In this document: piece by piece, positions 17,846 through 25,414 of the stretch
Layout: every line of letters begins with the position of its first letter
Position numbering within the stretch: the first letter of the stretch is position 1
NCBI GenBank assembly: GCA_040754655.1
Contig: JBFMCE010000031.1
Location: forward strand, 1 to 38,890
Source: Bdellovibrionota bacterium
GTDB lineage: Bacteria; Bdellovibrionota; UBA1018; UBA923
Length of the DNA: 38,890 bases
Reading direction: 5' to 3'
Made by a program: the position numbers and the translations under genes
The notes under the pieces: generated by a model
Told to the model about the DNA's origin: nothing
Database searches by the model: none
The model's input: only the letters and a program-made list of their open reading frames with translations

Positions 17846-19008
17846 GCTGCAACCCCTTTGTTCAGCTCGGTCCCTGGTTTCCATTCGTATTGCGTAGCCA
17901 CGCTCTCGGAAGGCGAACCTTCAGAATTCATGTGATTCCGATAGAGCTTTGATGCTTCTGAATCTTCTTCAAGCGCGACAATGCGCGTTCCGTTTGCCCT
18001 AAGATCCGCCTCTTGACTGAGAACTTTTCGGACAAACTCGCGTTGGCTCTTAAAGACGATGGGTTCGGGCAGCGATTCCGGCAAAATCTCAGCGGGATCT
18101 CGCTTCTCAAAACGCTTGAAAAGATCCAGAGCAAGATTGAGATGGCCCAACTCGTAATCAAGGAAGCGCTCCCAGATCGCTTTGATGCGCGCATTGCTCT
18201 CTTGCTGGACGCATCCATAATAGTTGTAAACTTCATTGGCCTCATGGAGCACCCATTTCTCAAGCCAACTCTCATGCGGATCAATGATCGACTCGTACTG
18301 AGTCACGTGTTGCTCTTCAATCGAAGCGATCTCAGCGTACAGCTGACGGGCAAGGGGATCAGAAAACTGCGGTCCTATGTTCAAGTAATAATTGTGCGTC
18401 TGTTGCTCGCCCGACATTATCGTAAGCGCGTGCATCTTGCTTAAGGGATGGGCCTTGGTGCGATCATAGTGTTCTCGAAGATCGTCTTCAGGGGCCCGGT
18501 GCTCAACGGAAGTCGGTCTACCCGGCAAGACATCCGTGTAACTTTGAAGGATGTTGTTTGAATCTTTGCCCTCAAGTCTGTCTAAGAGGGCTGAGTATCG
18601 GTACATATGATCGAAATCTTCAAGCAGGCCGAAACGGTAAACTTGAGCAAGATAGGGATCAGGCTCAGTTTGCGCTACCGCGGCAGTGACTTCTATCGCC
18701 ACTTGCTCGTAGCCGATCGTCGTTTCTATCGGTGAGTGATCTGACGACAGGAGCCAGTTGATCATGGTCGCTTGATGGTGTTCGATTCGCCGAAGCTTGG
18801 CCAATGGCAACTGCAATTCTTTGTTCATCCGCGCACAAGCGTGAGAGAATCGCAGCGCCTCATTCTCGATCCCGTTGAGCAAGATGATGCGCACGCGGGT
18901 GAACGCATCGTCATTAAGCTTGCTGATCGGCTGTTGAACCAATTCGCGCCATGTAAAGCCTTGCTTATCGAGCGCGCATCCTTTTTCCTTGAGCAGGTTT
19001 AGTGCCAT
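17842..19008 (-). CDS. Hypothetical protein with two tandem ferritin-like four-helix bundles
   Basis: Bundle 1: GIENEA, IEHHQ, YEQVA, EDFDH. Bundle 2: GEQQTH, IEEQH, HEANE, YELGH. SD AGAGG. Confidence 0.8.
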   Translation of the reverse strand: MALNLLKEKGCALDKQGFTWRELVQQPISKLNDDAFTRVRIILLNGIENEALRFSHACARMNKELQLPLAKLRRIEHHQATMINWLLSSDHSPIETTIGYEQVAIEVTAAVAQTEPDPYLAQVYRFGLLEDFDHMYRYSALLDRLEGKDSNNILQSYTDVLPGRPTSVEHRAPEDDLREHYDRTKAHPLSKMHALTIMSGEQQTHNYYLNIGPQFSDPLARQLYAEIASIEEQHVTQYESIIDPHESWLEKWVLHEANEVYNYYGCVQQESNARIKAIWERFLDYELGHLNLALDLFKRFEKRDPAEILPESLPEPIVFKSQREFVRKVLSQEADLRANGTRIVALEEDSEASKLYRNHMNSEGSPSESVATQYEWKPGTELNKGVAA

Positions 19009-19122
19009 AAGACCTCTTTCTGCTGGTGATGTTATGGCTCTGTTGAAACGCTTGCATCTAAGAGCTTTGAACAGAGCCTGGTGCTATAAAATTTCTGAAG
19101 GAAATGATTTCCCTTCCGATTC

Positions 19123-19138
19123 TGCAAACCGCATTCCA
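19123..19138 (-). promoter_or_regulatory. Sigma54-like promoter for the ferritin-like/SDR operon
   Basis: TGGAAT-GCGGT-TTGCA (GG-N10-GC). Confidence 0.55.
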
Positions 19139-19148
19139 GGAGATTGGC

Positions 19149-20141
19149 TTAAAGGGTTGTTCGCTTGAAGACTTTGAGAAGATAGAAGAAAGAAGGAAGC
19201 ACTACTAGATAACCGAAGATCAAAGCATAGCCCAACGCTCTCAGCGTTGCTGAAGGAGCGGAAGCACCATCAAAAGTAAGCGGTCCAATGATCTTAGGGT
19301 ACTGAACAGCGTACCAGCCCAATAGGATGAAGGAAACCTGTGATACAGCCACGACCCTGCTAGTCACGATTTGATTTGACTCCAAAGATTTCCAAAGAGG
19401 AATGAGCAATAACGTAGCGAAAGCCATGCAGGCCAAGCTCAGGGGCCGCTCGAAAAAGGATTGCAATAAATGCGCGGCCGAAAGTTCTCCTGACAGGAAA
19501 ACCAAGCCCCCGGCAAAAACCGATGCGATGTTCGCCACTTTCGCCTTCCCTGAAAAAATTCGTTTTAGCTCCGGATCCTTTGTTTCGCCGATGAGATAGA
19601 CCGAAGCCAAAAATGCATGCAGAGCGCAGACAAAGATCCCAGAGCTCAAGCAAAACCGATTCGCCCAAGGATCTATGAAATACTCGCGATAGGTAGAACC
19701 TTGACCAGCTGAAACTTTCGTACTGAGAAAGATCCCGCCAGCCAACACACCAATGAAGAAGGAAGACCATACGCTTGATAGCGCAAACAGCAGTGTGTAG
19801 TACTTTTGACTCTGGTCTTGAAAAGCGTCGTAATACCGAAATGTGAATGCGCATCCCCGCACGACAATTCCGAGCAGCAGAAACAGCAGCGGAAGGTGAA
19901 AAGAGATTGAAAGCTGGCTATAGGCCCCAGGAAATCCCATGAACAAGATAACCACGCCGAGAATCAACCAAACGTGATTTGCTTCCCACACAGGGCCCAT
20001 GGCCTTTGAAATCACTTTGCGTTGCGCACTTGCGGGATGCCTCAGAAAAAGCTCAAGGATCCCCGCGCCAAAATCAGCTCCCCCCAACAAAGTGTAAAAA
20101 ACCAACGAAGCGCCTAGCGAGAAAACAACGAATTCAAACAT
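19149..20141 (-). CDS. cydB: Cytochrome bd ubiquinol oxidase subunit II (CioB-like)
   Basis: LGGADFGAG, GPVWEANHVWL and FPGAY motifs. Confidence 0.94.
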   Translation of the reverse strand: MFEFVVFSLGASLVFYTLLGGADFGAGILELFLRHPASAQRKVISKAMGPVWEANHVWLILGVVILFMGFPGAYSQLSISFHLPLLFLLLGIVVRGCAFTFRYYDAFQDQSQKYYTLLFALSSVWSSFFIGVLAGGIFLSTKVSAGQGSTYREYFIDPWANRFCLSSGIFVCALHAFLASVYLIGETKDPELKRIFSGKAKVANIASVFAGGLVFLSGELSAAHLLQSFFERPLSLACMAFATLLLIPLWKSLESNQIVTSRVVAVSQVSFILLGWYAVQYPKIIGPLTFDGASAPSATLRALGYALIFGYLVVLPSFFYLLKVFKRTTL

Positions 20142-21438
20142 TCTCCGCCTCGACTGCTTGGATCTGACGATAAATCAGCCACGTAACCAAGGCGGATAAG
20201 ATGAGATACACGGCCGTCGTAACCGCCATGGAATAGATCAGCCCCGGCATCGGGCTAAGAGCCTCGCTCGTTCTCATCACGCCGTAAATGATCCAGGGCT
20301 GCCGGCCCACTTCCGTCACAATCCATCCGGCTTCAATCGCGACGAAACCTAGCGGGGTAGAAAAGACGATGACTTTGAGGAACAAAGGATTGAAGGCAAG
20401 CCTTCGCCGTTTGACCAAGAACAGCAGGAAAATAAAACCCAAAAACGCGAGCAGGGTTCCGAGCGCCACCATCGCTTGAAAAGCGAGATGCACGATCAGT
20501 ACCGGAGGCCAATTCTCTTTCGGAAAACTCTTCAGCCCCCGAACTTCCGCATTGAAATCACCATACGCCAAAAAACTTAAGCCTTTAGGAATGTGAAGAG
20601 CGTAACTCACTTCCTCTCTTTCTTCCGACGGCACTCCCCCAATAATGAGTGGCGCGCCCTTTTGTGTTTCGAAGAGGGCCTCCATCGCGGCTAACTTGAG
20701 AGGTTGCCTTCGCGCCGTATCCTTAGCCATGAAATCACCCGCGATAGGCTGAACAATGGCTGCGACCGAACCAAAAGACATCGCAATCGCGAACGCTTTG
20801 GCGTGGAAACGGCTGTTGCTTCTTTTCAAAAGACATAGCGCGTGCACACCCGCGACCGCGAATCCCACGGCCTCGAATGCCGCGATTGTCATGTGTATGC
20901 CCTGCCATAGCGCCGCATCATTGAACATCGCGGCCCAGGGGTCGATATTCGCAGCCTTCCCATTGACCCAATCAAAACCGGCAGGACTATTCATCCATGC
21001 ATTGGCGCAAATGACGAACAGGCCCGAGGCAACTCCTGACACTCCCACTAACAGGCCACTGCACCAATGCACCCAAGGCGAAACGCGATTCCATCCGTAG
21101 AGAAATACCCCAAGAGCGATCGCTTCGAGAAAAAACGCTGTGCCTTCCCAGGAAAAAGGCATCCCAATGATCGCCCCTGCGTGCTTCATGAACTCGGGCC
21201 AAAGAAGGCCCAACTCAAAAGACAGGACCGTGCCCGAAACCGCGCCAGTGGCAAAAAAGATGGCAACCCCTTTCGACCACGCCTTGGTGAGTTTCAAGTA
21301 GACTTCATCCCTGGTCTTGAGCCAGCGAAAGTGCGACACCGCCATCAAAAACGGCATAGCAATGCCGACCGCGGCAAACACGATGTGAAAGCCAAGAGAG
21401 ATCGCCATTTGATATCGGGCCGCAAGAAGATCCGTCAT
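20134..21438 (-). CDS. cydA: Cytochrome bd ubiquinol oxidase subunit I, short Q-loop (CioA-like)
   Basis: GFHIV, GAVSG, FFLEA, NAWM, QPLKLAAME, FQAMV and EVGRQPW motifs; 434 aa. Confidence 0.96.
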   Translation of the reverse strand: MTDLLAARYQMAISLGFHIVFAAVGIAMPFLMAVSHFRWLKTRDEVYLKLTKAWSKGVAIFFATGAVSGTVLSFELGLLWPEFMKHAGAIIGMPFSWEGTAFFLEAIALGVFLYGWNRVSPWVHWCSGLLVGVSGVASGLFVICANAWMNSPAGFDWVNGKAANIDPWAAMFNDAALWQGIHMTIAAFEAVGFAVAGVHALCLLKRSNSRFHAKAFAIAMSFGSVAAIVQPIAGDFMAKDTARRQPLKLAAMEALFETQKGAPLIIGGVPSEEREEVSYALHIPKGLSFLAYGDFNAEVRGLKSFPKENWPPVLIVHLAFQAMVALGTLLAFLGFIFLLFLVKRRRLAFNPLFLKVIVFSTPLGFVAIEAGWIVTEVGRQPWIIYGVMRTSEALSPMPGLIYSMAVTTAVYLILSALVTWLIYRQIQAVEAENV

Positions 21439-21577
21439 AATGAATGAAATTCAGCTGTGAACTAACTCTGACTTTTGCGAATGAATATACCCGCCCGTGT
21501 TTTTAAAAGCCATGCTAAACGCACGAACGGCAAATTAGGTCGCATGAACTTTGCATGATCGGCAAGCGAGGTTCGAT

Positions 21578-22393
21578 ATGAGGCTGTTAACCCCTTTTTC
21601 ATTTCAAGTTGAACTGCGGCATTTGGCGTTCATCAGCCATCAGGTGCCCGCCGAAAGAGTGCGAAAGGGATTGCCCAAACAGTTCGAACTTGAAACCTTC
21701 CGCTCAGAAGACGGCAAAGAATATGCCCTGATAAGCGTGGGCTGTTTCAGAAATCATGACTTTCGCTGGTCGCTCACGCAATTCCCGCGCTTGGGATTCG
21801 AACAAGTCACTTATCGCACGTATGTGAGGCACCGAGGCCGCATTGGGGTCTATTTTTTTGGAACTGTTCTTTCAAAGCTGCTTCCCTTCATCATGCAACG
21901 CTCACTGGCAAAACAGGCCTTTAGCGGAATGTTCAGGGTCTCACGCCGCGCTGATTCGTTCGGCTACAAGTCTTACGAATGCGACATCAAAAGCGATTTC
22001 TCAAACTTGAAGTTTCGGCTTGTCGCGAACGGAAAGGACGATAGCGTCGAAGCGCTAAAACCCCGATCACCATTTTTAAATGGAATCGAACTTGCCCAGC
22101 AAACTACGTACCGCTTGCATGGATTCTTTAAGTCGCCGCTCGGCTTTCACGTTGACCAGTTCGTGCTTCATCGGCCGATGCGCCCTTGGTTCGGTGAATT
22201 GGTCGAAGGACGATTCGACCTTTGGGAGAACCTGGGATTCCTGACCCGTGAAGAATCTCAGCACCCTCTCTTAGTGACTGTCGAACCGGAAATCACTTTC
22301 AACTTCTTCCCACCTCTTCCATGTTCTCTGCTGGCCTTGAAACGGCTCTCCCTTGAGCATCTGCTCGCATTGAGCCCGAAGTTGGCGGCCTAG
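21578..22393 (+). CDS. DUF2071/YqjF-like protein (acetoacetate-decarboxylase-like fold)
   Basis: VP.E.VR..LP..FEL, F.Q.TYRTYV...G..GVYFF and V.H.P motifs; SD GAGG. Confidence 0.75.
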   Translation: MRLLTPFSFQVELRHLAFISHQVPAERVRKGLPKQFELETFRSEDGKEYALISVGCFRNHDFRWSLTQFPRLGFEQVTYRTYVRHRGRIGVYFFGTVLSKLLPFIMQRSLAKQAFSGMFRVSRRADSFGYKSYECDIKSDFSNLKFRLVANGKDDSVEALKPRSPFLNGIELAQQTTYRLHGFFKSPLGFHVDQFVLHRPMRPWFGELVEGRFDLWENLGFLTREESQHPLLVTVEPEITFNFFPPLPCSLLALKRLSLEHLLALSPKLAA

Positions 22394-22401
22394 GCCGACG
22401 A

Positions 22402-24867
22402 TCAATCAAATATAAGAAAATCAACCAAGCCTTTCGGCAAAAGAGGTTTTTTGACCTCAACGACATAATCCGCGACAATCAAATCGTCGCCTCGTAAGAA
22501 TTGTCCCCAAACCTTATAGCGACCGGGTCTGGGAAATTCCGTGTGGAATGCGACAAGCGGCCCGCCACGCTCATCCTTAGAAGGCTGTCCCGAAAACATC
22601 TCGGGATGGCTATGCAAAAAAACTTGCGTGTCTTCGCTGATGATCACACAGTGGCCAAGCGCGCCGATATAGGGCTTGAGGTCAGTCACTGGCTTGCCGT
22701 TTTGCGACAACTCAAACGCAAGGTGCGCATGCCTTTCAGAAACCAGTTTCCTTGGCTGCAATATAAGCCGTGAAAGATACGGGGCGTTTGATTTCCGCGT
22801 CCATGCGTCTGACGGCCTCTGCCGCGGAAGAAGAGTCAAACCCGAGGATTGAGCCAGGAATTCCCTGCCCCCCGCCTGAGAAATCCGGGAACTGGACGGC
22901 TCTTCACCGCCTTCATTTATTGAAGCGGGGGTTCGAATTTCCTCCACTGTGACCGGAATGCGAAAAACCTGCGAGCCTTCCCCTTGCGGAGTGATATCGG
23001 CAAAGAAAATGAACTTGCCGCCTTTTGGAAACCAATAGTCAATCTTGAAGCTTCCGTTTGCTTGCCGCTCAGGATGGACATGATCAAAGAACCGCAGATC
23101 ATCGCTGACTACGATCAAATGCATCGGATGCTCATGCACAACGGCGATGTCGTTAACGACACCACCGCCATTGAGTTTAGGGGTGAAGACAAACTCGTTG
23201 TAAGACCGAGCGGAAATCGTTTTCGGATTCACTGCAAGCGCCATCTGAAACTTCTGATCATGCATTTGGTAGGACCGATTTTCACGGATTGGCGTCAATT
23301 CCATGCCACATAACCTGCAAGCTCCGGCCTCAACCGCTCGGTACCCTTCGTGCATCGGACACGAGTACTTCGCGACTTGGTTTGGAGGAATGCCCACGAT
23401 GTTTGGGGTCACCCAAGGCTCGAAGTACCCAAGCCTCATCCGTCCATCGATGGGCAACTCAGCCCGCGCGCTAAAACTCACCGCTTTCTTTAGAAACTCC
23501 GCACCGCCTCGGAAATGCGACGCGCCTTCTGGATTTTCGTCTTTGGAGTAAAGGTTTACGACAGCCTTCTGATAACCTTGCGAAACCAAAACTTCGACCT
23601 GTCGCGTGGGTATCCGCACCGCGGAATCTTTAAAACGCTCAAGCACGTGAACATCCATGCTTCCCGTCTGAGGATCAAAAACCAACTCAGCCCGCAGATC
23701 GCCGTAAGGCGCTATGTTTCCTCCATGCGGGCCCCAACGGTTGTAGTGCCCATAACCAATCCACCAGGGAAGACCTTCGGTGTAGGTGGCAAGCAAAAAC
23801 CCTTCCAACAGCATCAGCGCCGGGAAAAGCAGGCTCGCAAGCTTGCCCAAACGCACCGCCGGCGCTTGCGCCAACCGAACCAAACCAATGCACAAAGCCA
23901 CGACGCCCAAAGCAATATGGTTCAGGTAAACGCCTGCCGCGACATTTGCATAAGGAGCCACGGTATGCACGTGCGTGAAGAGCATCCCACCGCCGATGAG
24001 AGCGAGCACCGCAATCAATTTGCTTTGAAATTCATGCCGCTCCTCAGGACGTCGGGACCGGGCGGGCACGTTCCCGGCGTTGCTCTGCCTTCTCAATGCA
24101 TAGAAGCCAAAGCCCGACATGATGACCGAGAGCAATTTGTGCATCTGCACTTCCCGGTCATAGAATTGGCGCATATCCGTGATCTCGTACAAGTCGAGAT
24201 CGGCAAAAAAGAAAAGGAACGCCCCACCCAAAATCAGTAGTGATGGCCCCACCCACTGAAGCTTCTGGCCTATTTTTGGTGAAATGGCCGACACAAGCAA
24301 AGTTAGGCTCAATGCCACGACCATCCAACCGAAGATACGGTGCATCATATCCGAGTATTCAAGATTGAGGTCCGTCTGCCGTTGCGCAAGCGTATTCAGG
24401 TCATGAAGGGATAAAACCGTGTTCGCTTTGGCTCCGGTGACGGCGGCTCCGTATTCAGTCATCAGTTCGCCGCCAAGGTATCCCGCGACCGCCAACAAGC
24501 CATACATGGCTGCGCCTGCAATGAGATAAATAGAAAAGAGCTTTGGCTTATCGAGCCCAAGGAACAACCGCCACGACGCTAAAACCAGCAGCGCCCATGA
24601 AGCCCCTGTGGCCGCAAGTTCGTGGAACTTGATCTGATGGTGCGGCACCCCGGCCCTGCCCGCCCAGATTTCAGCGAGGATCCCGCAGATGAAAGCGAAG
24701 AGCAAAGTGACCGTTCCGGCCAGCATCAAGATCCGGCCAGACCAGCAAGCCTTCTCGTTGCGTTTCATCAAACCGAAAACGTCAAAAAACAACGACGCTA
24801 AAATAAGAGCGATTGGAAACGGGATTAAACGCGGGTGTAAGCTACCCAGGAACTCGGAAATTTGCAC
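22402..24867 (-). CDS. Multi-domain His-rich membrane protein (DUF2231 + His-rich TM domain + GPHGG domain + heavy-metal-binding domain + two H.HP repeats); probable copper/metal handling
   Basis: LHPRLIPFP...HELA...GGEL..EYG; EYSDMMH...EVQMHK...THVH...NH...YTE; GPHGG..AELV; YSCPMH...CRLCGM; HEHPMHLIVVS.DL..FDHVHP and PYIGALGH.VIIS...FLHSHP...PGRYKVWGQF. Confidence 0.8.
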   Translation of the reverse strand: MQISEFLGSLHPRLIPFPIALILASLFFDVFGLMKRNEKACWSGRILMLAGTVTLLFAFICGILAEIWAGRAGVPHHQIKFHELAATGASWALLVLASWRLFLGLDKPKLFSIYLIAGAAMYGLLAVAGYLGGELMTEYGAAVTGAKANTVLSLHDLNTLAQRQTDLNLEYSDMMHRIFGWMVVALSLTLLVSAISPKIGQKLQWVGPSLLILGGAFLFFFADLDLYEITDMRQFYDREVQMHKLLSVIMSGFGFYALRRQSNAGNVPARSRRPEERHEFQSKLIAVLALIGGGMLFTHVHTVAPYANVAAGVYLNHIALGVVALCIGLVRLAQAPAVRLGKLASLLFPALMLLEGFLLATYTEGLPWWIGYGHYNRWGPHGGNIAPYGDLRAELVFDPQTGSMDVHVLERFKDSAVRIPTRQVEVLVSQGYQKAVVNLYSKDENPEGASHFRGGAEFLKKAVSFSARAELPIDGRMRLGYFEPWVTPNIVGIPPNQVAKYSCPMHEGYRAVEAGACRLCGMELTPIRENRSYQMHDQKFQMALAVNPKTISARSYNEFVFTPKLNGGGVVNDIAVVHEHPMHLIVVSDDLRFFDHVHPERQANGSFKIDYWFPKGGKFIFFADITPQGEGSQVFRIPVTVEEIRTPASINEGGEEPSSSRISQAGGREFLAQSSGLTLLPRQRPSDAWTRKSNAPYLSRLILQPRKLVSERHAHLAFELSQNGKPVTDLKPYIGALGHCVIISEDTQVFLHSHPEMFSGQPSKDERGGPLVAFHTEFPRPGRYKVWGQFLRGDDLIVADYVVEVKKPLLPKGLVDFLIFD

Positions 24868-24886
24868 AAATACCTCACAGCCTGCC

Positions 24887-25309
24887 TTATTCTGAACCTA
24901 TCGCGCGCAACCACTGTTGCGTCGGCGAGATAAGCCGCCTCGCCACAGTGTCAAAGAGCCCGAATTTTAGCTCAGCGTAAGTACAAACCGCTCCCATGTC
25001 GTTCTTGATTTCCTGTATCATGACGCCGATCCTTTTTTCGTAGGACTGAAGCCGCGTCTCAATGACTATCTCTTCTCGCAACTTGAGCTCTCTAAGGAAC
25101 TTGATATTGATCTCAAGAATGACCGGGCCCTTGCCCGACTGTTTGATTTGATCTAAACCATATCCATTTGTGGTGATTAAATCCCATCTCGCCTCTTCAA
25201 GAAGAGACAGATAGACGGCGTTGTTGACATGACCAAAAGTATCGAGATGCCCTTCAAGGACGGTAAGACGGTAGGCATGCACTTTCTGAGCTTGCAAAGT
25301 GGCATTCAT
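24887..25309 (-). CDS. Acyl-CoA thioesterase (YbgC/FadM hot-dog family)
   Basis: LDTFGHVNNAVYL..LEEAR motif. Confidence 0.92.
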   Translation of the reverse strand: MNATLQAQKVHAYRLTVLEGHLDTFGHVNNAVYLSLLEEARWDLITTNGYGLDQIKQSGKGPVILEINIKFLRELKLREEIVIETRLQSYEKRIGVMIQEIKNDMGAVCTYAELKFGLFDTVARRLISPTQQWLRAIGSE

Positions 25310-25414
25310 ATGAAGGCCTCTTTTTACTAACAAACCGAGTCAAAGCAAATCGGAAATGTAGGCCCCAAAACGGTTTTCGCCAATTCGTATGGAACTTGCA
25401 ACATCGAGGCCTCT

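Noticed and set aside
17111..19008. Encapsulin cargo system
   Set aside because: No encapsulin shell gene and no LxVGSL-type targeting peptide are visible.
23515..24240. Long antisense ORFs (also 6810..7337, 29466..30029, 32804..33421, 35430..36119, 38234..38800)
   Set aside because: Shadow frames of well-supported genes, with no motifs or RBS.
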